The notes beneath the pieces are model-generated. The model ran no database searches. It had not been told where the DNA came from and saw only the letters and a list, made by a program, of their open reading frames with translations. A program made the translations under genes and the position numbers. From positions 1 to 64,000 of IMG/VR virus record IMGVR_UViG_3300021961_005592: a stretch of DNA of 64,000 nucleotides, one strand, 5' to 3'. Origin of the DNA: a virus. Every line of letters begins with the position of its first letter. Position 1 is the stretch's first letter. Below, in pieces: positions 7,708 to 16,012 of this stretch.

Positions 7708-8717
7708 TACAATCCGTGATATATGTCTAGTAGTAACTTTTTGTCAAAGTTATCAGTGTCTAGTTGCGAAATTTCATTTGCAACAATTTCGTCTACGCTT
7801 TCAAATGCAGAAATGTCTAGGTCTGTGCTTATTTCTTCGATTTGTTTTTGTGGTATTAGTGTAATTTCTCTACAATCATACTGACTTATAAAAGTTTCTT
7901 TGATAAAACTTGCTTCTTCGTAACTGATTGGAATGTCAATTGTTACTCGAAGATACATTTTTGATTTTAACAAAGACTCTGTTTCGTTTAATAATCTAGA
8001 TAACGGTAATGAACGATATTTAGGACAGTTATCCCAATTAATGTATTCTGGCTCTTTGTTATCTTCTTTGTTAATAACCATCATGCCACGTTCGTCGTCC
8101 CACACATCGGCATAGTTATGTGGGAAAGCATTGCCGATGTAATGTATTTTACCTTGTTTTTGTCTTTTATGAAAGTGCCCACTAAACACATAGTCTTGGT
8201 TTTCAAAATGAGATGCTTGTAAATCACCATGATCTGGCATTTGTACCATTGCATTCATGTAAAAATGCGGAAGTTCAAAATGACCAAACATATATTTGGC
8301 TTTGATATTTTTTATATTTTTCCATTCGTCACCAACTAACCACGGAACGAGTGCAACATTGTCTTGTTCATAGATTCTGTCAACTAAAGTAATTCCTGGA
8401 ATGTGTTTTCCAAAAATAGTTGAAGACACATCACGTTTATCTTTGTAGTAAAGATCGTGATTTCCAACAAACATATAAAACTTATCAAATGCTTTACCAA
8501 GTTTTTCTAAGCTACGTATTGTTGCATCCATTGTGGTAAGGTTAAGACTGTTGCGATTATGATGCCAGTCACCACAAAAAATGCCAGTTTCGCAACCATG
8601 AGATTTTGCAGTTTCGATAAACCAATCTACAAATTCTTCACAGTCATCATTATGAACCTTGCTGTTGCCTTTTAGTCCAAAGTGGATATCTGTAAATACC
8701 GCCGCCTTTTTAAACAA
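7707..8717 (-). CDS. gp47: Recombination endonuclease nuclease subunit (Mre11/SbcD-like)
   Basis: Metallophosphoesterase motifs TDIHFG, GD, GNHD, GHF, SGHFH; TTG start; coupled to gp46. Confidence 0.95.
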   Translation of the reverse strand: MFKKAAVFTDIHFGLKGNSKVHNDDCEEFVDWFIETAKSHGCETGIFCGDWHHNRNSLNLTTMDATIRSLEKLGKAFDKFYMFVGNHDLYYKDKRDVSSTIFGKHIPGITLVDRIYEQDNVALVPWLVGDEWKNIKNIKAKYMFGHFELPHFYMNAMVQMPDHGDLQASHFENQDYVFSGHFHKRQKQGKIHYIGNAFPHNYADVWDDERGMMVINKEDNKEPEYINWDNCPKYRSLPLSRLLNETESLLKSKMYLRVTIDIPISYEEASFIKETFISQYDCREITLIPQKQIEEISTDLDISAFESVDEIVANEISQLDTDNFDKKLLLDIYHGL

Positions 8718-8742
8718 GATAGTTTACTCCAATGATCTTTTT

Positions 8743-8771
8743 AATATACACTATTTTTATTATTATGTCAA
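8743..8771 (-). promoter_or_regulatory. sigma70-type early promoter for gp47-gp46
   Basis: Minus strand TTGACA-N17-TATATT. Confidence 0.75.
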
Positions 8772-8774
8772 GTG

Positions 8775-9596
8775 TTATTCTGATTCTGAATGCCGTCTTT
8801 GTGCAGCTTCCCATTCGCCTTGATATTGTCTAGTAAAGCTAGGGTTTAAATCGTTCATTTCGAGAATGTCGTCGCGGATGTTTTGATTGCGTTTTTCAAT
8901 GTTAATAACACGTACAAATGAGTTTGTAACTGCTGCTGTGTAGTAAGCAAAGGGGTTTTGACTTTTAGACTCATCAAACTGTAAACCAATTTGAGTAAGT
9001 TGTAGTATCGCTTGTCCTCGCATTTCGTCATTGTAGGTATATCCTCTTACATTTCCTCTAGTAGCATACCTGTCACATAATTTCATCCACATAAGTGCAA
9101 GTGTGTTTGTTGCTTTACCGTGGTCTTTGCTAAAATGTCCGTTCTCCATACCTCCGATCCAGTGACTTTTTCCAACACAAATTAATTCGTCTGCATCATT
9201 AAATCTAAAATGTTGATAAGGAGGAAAATTTAGTTTAATTTTTTTATCTGCCTCAGTTTTTGGATTCTTTTTTCTTGTTAAATCTTCTGGTATATGATCA
9301 AATGTCATAATCCTAAAAACTAAATCAGATTTTTGAATTTTTTTATAATCAATTTCGCAGTCAGCTTGCTTTATACGCTCTCCGTTTTTTCGTCGTGCTT
9401 CATAATCTTGCTGTGATAGCATTTTAGCACGATTTCGTTTTGCTTCTGCAATAGTTCTAACATTTATCTTGTCAATGCTAGATAAAATTATATCGTAATT
9501 GCTGTCTTCATCTTGTACATAACTACTAAATGTTTTTTTAGATTTATGTATTTCTGATAATATGTCCTTGTTGTTTAAATAGTTCTTCTTCTTCAT
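8775..9596 (-). CDS. gp55: T4 gp55-like late-transcription sigma factor
   Basis: NYLNNKDIL N-terminus, GYTYNDEM, FDESKSQNPFAYYT motif; canonical position next to gp47/gp46. Confidence 0.85.
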   Translation of the reverse strand: MKKKNYLNNKDILSEIHKSKKTFSSYVQDEDSNYDIILSSIDKINVRTIAEAKRNRAKMLSQQDYEARRKNGERIKQADCEIDYKKIQKSDLVFRIMTFDHIPEDLTRKKNPKTEADKKIKLNFPPYQHFRFNDADELICVGKSHWIGGMENGHFSKDHGKATNTLALMWMKLCDRYATRGNVRGYTYNDEMRGQAILQLTQIGLQFDESKSQNPFAYYTAAVTNSFVRVINIEKRNQNIRDDILEMNDLNPSFTRQYQGEWEAAQRRHSESE

Positions 9597-9617
9597 AGTT
9601 TCTCCAACTCCAAGTTA

Positions 9618-9646
9618 ATTATAATATATGTAGATAATTTTGTCAA
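9618..9646 (-). promoter_or_regulatory. Perfect-consensus sigma70 promoter for gp55
   Basis: Minus strand TTGACA-AAATTATCTACATATAT(17)-TATAAT. Confidence 0.85.
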
Positions 9647-9653
9647 CTAAATA
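9646..9653 (+). promoter_or_regulatory. Late promoter ACTAAATA for the baseplate operon
   Basis: TAAATA core followed by GAGGAG RBS and ATG 9674. Confidence 0.65.
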
Positions 9654-9673
9654 CATAGAGGAGATTAACATCT

Positions 9674-10651
9674 ATGGGATTATTTGACGGTTTCAATATT
9701 GGTGGCGCAATTAGCAGTGCAATATCTAATTTCTCAAGCGTTACAAGTTCTATAAGTAGCGTAACAGGAGGTTTAAACACTGCACTAAGCACGTTTAATA
9801 ACACGTTCGGCGGAGCTCTTGCTGGCACAAGTATTGGAAACACAATTAACAAGGTTACTAGAGTTGCTGGCATTGTTGACAGTTTACTAGGTAATGGCGG
9901 TAAATTAACTGAAATTGGGTCAGCATTTAGATCTTTAGGTAATGCATCACAAAATGTTTTTGTAGGAGCTAACCCACCTGATCGAGGCAGTATACCAGCT
10001 ATAGCACGAGAAGACATAGCATCTAATCGAACAGATTCGCAAACCGCAGGCGACTGGCGTGTTAGTTTAAGTGTTCCAATGGAAATAGCATCAAGTCCTG
10101 TATTTGCTTCATTTACAGCAGAAGGCGGAACAAAAGGAAGAATGGTATTTCCGTTTAATCCGGTTATTTTGTTAGGCCATTCAGCAGCCTATTCTAATAT
10201 TACTCCTACTCATACTAATTATCATTATCATGCCTATCAAAGTAGCAGTATTGACAATATAACAATTACTGGAGAGTTTTTTAATGAAAATGAAGCTGAT
10301 GCGCTGTATTGGGTAGCGTGTGTACATTTCTTAAGAACTATGACTAAGATGTTTTATGGAAACGGAGCAAATGTTGGACTGCCGCCATTAGTGTCACACC
10401 TTAATGGTTACGGAAAATTTGTTCTAAACGATATTCCAGTTGTAATTACAAACTTTACAGTTGATCTACCTGCAGATGTCGATTATATTCCAGTACTTGT
10501 GCCTGGAGATAAAGATGTCAACATGGTACCAACACAGTCACAGATAGCAGTAACTTGTGTTCCAAACTATGCAAGAAGATCAGCAGCTAGATTTAATCTT
10601 ACAGAATTTGCCAATGGCAACTTTGTTGGAAGACCGGAGGGCTTTGTATAA
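9674..10651 (+). CDS. Baseplate tail-tube initiator/cap protein (gp48/gp54-like) with low-complexity N-terminal extension
   Basis: Tube-fold-like C-terminal domain (MVFPFNP, FLRTMTKMFYG, PPLVSHLNGYG, IPVVITNFTVDLP); located just before the gp53-like gene. Confidence 0.65.
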   Translation: MGLFDGFNIGGAISSAISNFSSVTSSISSVTGGLNTALSTFNNTFGGALAGTSIGNTINKVTRVAGIVDSLLGNGGKLTEIGSAFRSLGNASQNVFVGANPPDRGSIPAIAREDIASNRTDSQTAGDWRVSLSVPMEIASSPVFASFTAEGGTKGRMVFPFNPVILLGHSAAYSNITPTHTNYHYHAYQSSSIDNITITGEFFNENEADALYWVACVHFLRTMTKMFYGNGANVGLPPLVSHLNGYGKFVLNDIPVVITNFTVDLPADVDYIPVLVPGDKDVNMVPTQSQIAVTCVPNYARRSAARFNLTEFANGNFVGRPEGFV

Positions 10652-10953
10652 TGAGCGATAGTAAAGCAGCAGGACCATACGGTTCAACACCAATTGCTGC
10701 CGGAGGGTACCTTGACATTATGAGGATTCGTCCAGTACCAGAAGCAAGCAACGATATTTTATACGAAATAACACCGTCGTATACTCATAGACCTGATCTG
10801 TTAGCATTTGATTTATATGGCGACAAAAATCTATGGTGGATTTTTGCTCAGAGAAATTTAAATGTATTGAAAGATCCAATATATGATTTTGTGGCTGGAA
10901 CTAAAATATATCTTCCACAAGGACAAAAAATTTCTCAGATATTAGGACAATAA
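10651..10953 (+). CDS. gp53: Baseplate wedge protein gp53-like (LysM-like)
   Basis: RPDLLAFDLYGDKNLWWIFAQRN...IYLP motif. Confidence 0.8.
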   Translation: MSDSKAAGPYGSTPIAAGGYLDIMRIRPVPEASNDILYEITPSYTHRPDLLAFDLYGDKNLWWIFAQRNLNVLKDPIYDFVAGTKIYLPQGQKISQILGQ

Positions 10954-10954
10954 C

Positions 10955-13900
10955 ATGGCATTTTCAATAGGAGGACTAACATCAGCTGTTCCATCAATTG
11001 GTAGTACAGTTCAAACTATTTCTAATAGTATTAATACTGCTAATCCTGCAGGCATATCGTCAGCCTTGTCAGCAGCTAACTCCGCATTGTCTGGAAATAC
11101 CAGCAGTTTGTCAACTGCAAACTTAACTGCTGGGGTAAACAATTTAGGTAGTCTTGCCAACAACTTATTAGGACCAGCAAACTCCATTACAAAATCTTTA
11201 GGACAAGTTTCTGGAACACTTGGAGTAATTAGTAAATTAACAGGAGCATTAGGAGGGACAACTAACCCCCTTCAAAGTCTACTTAGTAACGCATTAACAG
11301 GAACAGGACTTGAAGGACTATCAAAATCTATAGAGCAATTAACCTCAGTTGGTGCAGCAGTAGCCGGCGCTGTGTCTGTTCTTAATCCAGATACTTCAAC
11401 AACAAGAACACTACAAGAATTAGCAACATCTAGCGATAGATCTTATCTAGAATCATTTAAACCTTTACTAACTTCTATTGGAAGTTCTACATCATTTAAA
11501 GCAACTGACTTTACTACAAACAATGGCAGAGTAGTAAATCCGTTAAGAAACGCAAACAGTTTTAACTATGTTATTACATTAGGAATTGTTGATGCTGCAA
11601 CAGTTGCTAATCCTACCGGAATTTATAACGGACAAGAATTCAAACAGGTACTCCTAAAAAGCGGTGGCGGCTCTGTTGATTCAGGATATTCTAACAGAAT
11701 ACGAACAAGTCACGAAGGCCAAGAAAATGCAGAATATTACCTTGAAGATTTTGAATTATCAGCAGTAGTAGCACCTAACCCAAGTACAGGAACAACATTA
11801 GGAACAACTATTACTTTTAAAATTATTGAACCTTTTAGTCTCGGCAAAGTTATAGAAGCTATGATGGTTGGAGCAAAAGCAGCTGGTTTTAACTCTTATA
11901 CCAACGCTCCGTTTTGTTGGAAAATTGAGTTTTTAGGATGGGATGAAAGAGGTGAAAGACGAATAGTACTTGATAAGCCAAAATATGTGTTAACGCTAAT
12001 ATCTGAAATGAATATGAGCTACTCTGAAAAAGGCACAGTATATGATTGTAAAGGAGTTGCATGGTCTGACGGAGCATTATCTAACACGGCCAATAAAATT
12101 AAAGTACCAGTTACTGCCTTTGGTAAAAAGGTTCATGAAGTACTCGAAAACAGTGCAAAGTCTGTAACAAACGTAGTTAATGGACATATCGAAAAACTTG
12201 AAGAAAAGAAATTTATAGTTGGGTATGACAGATATATAATTTGTTTTCCAAAAACTAAAACAGCAATACATAAAGCAGTACAAGGACAAGGTGTTGATGT
12301 TTCTCAACTAAGAGCAACTACTGATGCGGCGGAACAGGAAAGAATACGACTGGGCTTGTATCAAAAACCAAAAATAGATGATCCAGATACTAACAATCAA
12401 GCAATTAGAATTATCCCTTCAACATCGCCTAATCAATATTTGTTTTTAAAAGCTTGGGCTACTGACACTGCAAACATAAATGAATGGGGAATGAGCGACA
12501 TTATTGATGACACTAGAGACGGCGGAAACGTACAAAACCCACCTGCAGGAGCATCTCAAGATAGCGGTACACGAGTTATAAGACGACAAATGAATGCATC
12601 TCGAACACCTGAAAAGGCTAGAAAAGCTGATTGGAACGAAGGAACTACAATAACGGCTATCATTGATCAAGTTCTTAAAACATCAGTACTGGCTAAAGAA
12701 CAAGCAACAGCCGAATCTAGAAATGGATTTAAAAAAGCATGGCGAATTGAAACACTGGTTTTTATTGAAAATGGTGGTACAGGAGTTGAAGGTCAACTTG
12801 GTCGTCCAAGAAAAACTTATGTTTATGCAGTGCATACTTTTTGGACCCACGAAGCAAGACACCTTGGTCCTGGACAAAAACCTAAAGGAATAGAACAGTT
12901 AAAAAAACTAGCTAAAAAAGAATACAATTATTATTATACTGGTAAAAACGAAGATATTATTAAATTAGACCTAAAATTTAATAACTCTTTTTTCCAAAAC
13001 ATGAGAGCAGACATTGGCCAAAACTCATCCACTACAACCGGACAGGAAGTTACATCTACAGGAAAAACACAAGGTTCTCAGCTATCTAATGCCGGATCAG
13101 ATGGATTGGAGGACTTCGAAGAGCCAAAACAGGCAATGGAACTAAGTGCTGACGACAAACAAGCATCTAAAGGTGGCTTTCAAGTTTCAACTGTAAATGA
13201 TAAGACAAAGGTTGCTATTTTTGAACAATTCTACAATAGATTAATAAACAGTCCTGCAGACATGGTTCAGGTAGAGTTTGACATATGGGGTGATCCGTAT
13301 TTTATACCTGGGGAGACAGCACAACGAGGGCAAGAACCAGCAGCCCCAGGAGTATATGCTGATGGCTCAATGGCGTATGTAACAGATGAAGTTTATTGTG
13401 TAATAAATTTTAAAACTCCGTTAGATTATTTTGTTCTTGGATCTAGAATGGATATTCCAAAAAATATTCCAGCATTTACTGGACTATATCAGATAATTGG
13501 TGTTGTTAACAAATTTAGTCAAGGAAAATTTATTCAAAGTATAAAAGCAGTCAGACTGGCCAACCAGGGGGGTGAAAATAAGTTTGAATCATCTTCGGGT
13601 TCAGTTACAGGATCAGGAGCAATACAAGCAGGTTATTCTGTAGCAAATGCTGGACCAGCAGCAAATGCTAATCCTAACCCACAAAGTTCTCCTGCGCTGC
13701 CAGCATCTATTGGACAGAATGTAGTAAGTACAATCACTAATAAAATTAATACAAATAATCTAACAGGTCTTGCTTCTAGTTTCTCACAAGAACGAATAAT
13801 GACAGGTACTGCTGGTGTAGGCACACAAGCAGTTATTAATAGTACAATTTCAACTATTACTGGAGCATTAACTAGCAAAGACGCACAAGCTGCACTTGCG

Positions 13901-14266
13901 TCATTAAGTAGTATTACGCGATTAGGCGTTGCAGCAAATGCGTCAAAAACTATATTCCCAATGCAGTTACCTAATCCAATTATGGGAACGGCTGGCGCAC
14001 AAGGTGTTATTAGTTCTGTTGGTATAGCAGCAAATCTTCTTTCAAAAGGTTTGAATGGCCCTGCAGGCTCGTCTCTTGCAGGTTTGGGTAATATTGTATC
14101 AGGCCTAGCATCAGGAAATTTACCTGCAACACTTAATCAAGTAGCTAGCAAACTCGGTAGTACAGTTAATCCAGCAGCATCAGGGGTAAGTAGTCAAGCA
14201 AGGCCTGAATCTGCAAGGCCGCCGGTAGGAGCAGATGCATTTGGTTCAAATTTCTCAGCGTTTTAA
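10955..14266 (+). CDS. Baseplate hub protein (gp27/VgrG-N-like) with Ser/Gly/Ala-rich termini
   Basis: Position between gp53 and gp5; motifs FKIIEPFS, KEYNYYYTGKN, IWGDPYF, FTGLYQI...FSQGKFIQ. Confidence 0.6.
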   Translation: MAFSIGGLTSAVPSIGSTVQTISNSINTANPAGISSALSAANSALSGNTSSLSTANLTAGVNNLGSLANNLLGPANSITKSLGQVSGTLGVISKLTGALGGTTNPLQSLLSNALTGTGLEGLSKSIEQLTSVGAAVAGAVSVLNPDTSTTRTLQELATSSDRSYLESFKPLLTSIGSSTSFKATDFTTNNGRVVNPLRNANSFNYVITLGIVDAATVANPTGIYNGQEFKQVLLKSGGGSVDSGYSNRIRTSHEGQENAEYYLEDFELSAVVAPNPSTGTTLGTTITFKIIEPFSLGKVIEAMMVGAKAAGFNSYTNAPFCWKIEFLGWDERGERRIVLDKPKYVLTLISEMNMSYSEKGTVYDCKGVAWSDGALSNTANKIKVPVTAFGKKVHEVLENSAKSVTNVVNGHIEKLEEKKFIVGYDRYIICFPKTKTAIHKAVQGQGVDVSQLRATTDAAEQERIRLGLYQKPKIDDPDTNNQAIRIIPSTSPNQYLFLKAWATDTANINEWGMSDIIDDTRDGGNVQNPPAGASQDSGTRVIRRQMNASRTPEKARKADWNEGTTITAIIDQVLKTSVLAKEQATAESRNGFKKAWRIETLVFIENGGTGVEGQLGRPRKTYVYAVHTFWTHEARHLGPGQKPKGIEQLKKLAKKEYNYYYTGKNEDIIKLDLKFNNSFFQNMRADIGQNSSTTTGQEVTSTGKTQGSQLSNAGSDGLEDFEEPKQAMELSADDKQASKGGFQVSTVNDKTKVAIFEQFYNRLINSPADMVQVEFDIWGDPYFIPGETAQRGQEPAAPGVYADGSMAYVTDEVYCVINFKTPLDYFVLGSRMDIPKNIPAFTGLYQIIGVVNKFSQGKFIQSIKAVRLANQGGENKFESSSGSVTGSGAIQAGYSVANAGPAANANPNPQSSPALPASIGQNVVSTITNKINTNNLTGLASSFSQERIMTGTAGVGTQAVINSTISTITGALTSKDAQAALASLSSITRLGVAANASKTIFPMQLPNPIMGTAGAQGVISSVGIAANLLSKGLNGPAGSSLAGLGNIVSGLASGNLPATLNQVASKLGSTVNPAASGVSSQARPESARPPVGADAFGSNFSAF

Positions 14267-14279
14267 TGTAGGATAAAAG

Positions 14280-16001
14280 ATGTCATTTACACTAACAGAA
14301 CAAGATAAATCACTTATTCACTTGGCAACAAGTAAAGAAGCCAAAACCTATGACACTGTATATGGCGGACAAAGAATAGCAAATTTAACAACAATGACCA
14401 TTGCTGAAGTTATGCGTTGGCAACAAAATAGAAGAGGTAATTCGGCTGTTGGGAAATATCAAATGATTCCTCCTGTTCTAGAAGAAGAAACAAGGAAAGC
14501 CGGCCTTAATCCCCTCACAACTAGATTTACCAAAGACACACAAGATTTTTTGATGATGGGTCGTCTAAAAAGTAAACGAGGGTATGAACAATTTAAAAGT
14601 ATGAGTTTAGGTAGCAGTGAGCTAGCAAACGCACAAGCGTTTGCATTAAAGTTGGCACAGGAATTTGCCAGTTTGCCTGTTCCTTATGCAGTTAGAGGAG
14701 CCAGAGCCCAAGTTCAAAAAGGAATGAGCTACTATTCAGGAGTTGCTGGAAATAAATCGCATCATGATCCGGATACTGTTGTTAACACTCTAATAGAAAT
14801 TAGAAAAAAAGGACCCGGTGCAGTAGTTCGCAACGTTACAGTTTCAAACGGCACACCAGCCGGCAGTGCCGCAGCACGGCCAACCGGAGAAAGTGCAAGA
14901 ACCCAAGCTCGAAACATGGGACTTGGTGGAGGTACACGACCTACAGAACGTGCAAACACTGATTCGCCAGCACAAAATATAGCAAGACAGAAAAACGGAT
15001 TACCACCAGCAGACAAAGTATATGTCTATGAACTAATACATGCGTTTGACGATAGGTATGATTTTAGAACAGGTAAAAAAGTAACTGACATTACTCTGTT
15101 AGGAACACAGTCTGTTGCTGCATATAATCAAGCAAACAGTGCAACAACTCCCACGGGAAGTACCGCTGCTGGACAAGTTGGCGTTGCACCTATAGAACCA
15201 CTGCCAGAAAATTGGACCGTACAAGACATTATTGATATAGTAAATAGACGTGATCAAGTAGCAACAAGCCCTGGAAGATATACAGATTTCTTCCAGGATC
15301 CTTATGATCCTGCTGCACTATTAACAGTTCCTGGAAGACAACCTCCAGCACAGATTCCTGGAAATGCTACAAATGTTGGAACATCTTCCTCGGGTACAGT
15401 AGGTAGCGCAACACCAAACCAAAGCATCCCTCAAGCAGTAACACAAGCTGCTGGCGCTGCTGCAATTGCAAACACAGTTGCAGGATCTGGTATAGGACCC
15501 GATGGTAACCCTGCATCAGCAGCATCAACACCTGCGCAACAGCAAGCTACTGATCTAAGAGCAATACAAATTGATCTTCAGCGTCAGTATGATGTTTATA
15601 GAAGAAATATAGCAACTTTAATAGCAAGTGCAACATCAGTATTAAACAGTCAACCTGCAAAATATTTAATAACATTGCGTACTCAGCTTGTGCAGGCAAA
15701 TGCTACACTAGAACAAGCTAAAGCTACAGGAAATTCTGAATCTATATTTGCAGCTGAAAGCGAAGTACTAAGAATACAATCTAAAATTAATCTAGGATCA
15801 CCATATGGACTTACGGCGTCTAGCAAAGAACAACTAGCTAAAAACGATCCTGAATACATAGGAATAGTTTCTCAAATACAAACCAATTTATCAGGCGCCG
15901 AAGCAATATATGAAAAAGCAAGAAGTCAAGGAGTTGATTTAGCATATCCTAATATTACTTCAAATCTAACTGCTATTCCGCCTAGAGTAGTTTTTGAATA
16001 A
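14280..16001 (+). CDS. Virion-associated muramidase (lambda-R/GH104-like lysozyme domain) with low-complexity and coiled-coil C-terminus
   Basis: N-terminal E...Y, LTTMTIAEV, SAVGKYQ, TQD, AQEFASLP, YYSGVAGNK pattern. Confidence 0.7.
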   Translation: MSFTLTEQDKSLIHLATSKEAKTYDTVYGGQRIANLTTMTIAEVMRWQQNRRGNSAVGKYQMIPPVLEEETRKAGLNPLTTRFTKDTQDFLMMGRLKSKRGYEQFKSMSLGSSELANAQAFALKLAQEFASLPVPYAVRGARAQVQKGMSYYSGVAGNKSHHDPDTVVNTLIEIRKKGPGAVVRNVTVSNGTPAGSAAARPTGESARTQARNMGLGGGTRPTERANTDSPAQNIARQKNGLPPADKVYVYELIHAFDDRYDFRTGKKVTDITLLGTQSVAAYNQANSATTPTGSTAAGQVGVAPIEPLPENWTVQDIIDIVNRRDQVATSPGRYTDFFQDPYDPAALLTVPGRQPPAQIPGNATNVGTSSSGTVGSATPNQSIPQAVTQAAGAAAIANTVAGSGIGPDGNPASAASTPAQQQATDLRAIQIDLQRQYDVYRRNIATLIASATSVLNSQPAKYLITLRTQLVQANATLEQAKATGNSESIFAAESEVLRIQSKINLGSPYGLTASSKEQLAKNDPEYIGIVSQIQTNLSGAEAIYEKARSQGVDLAYPNITSNLTAIPPRVVFE

Positions 16002-16012
16002 GGAATTAATGA

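Noticed and set aside
9654-9676. CATAGA/TCTATG stem covering the 9674 start codon
   Set aside because: Only 6 bp, and no upstream + strand read-through transcript is expected at this divergent junction, so it is likely chance.
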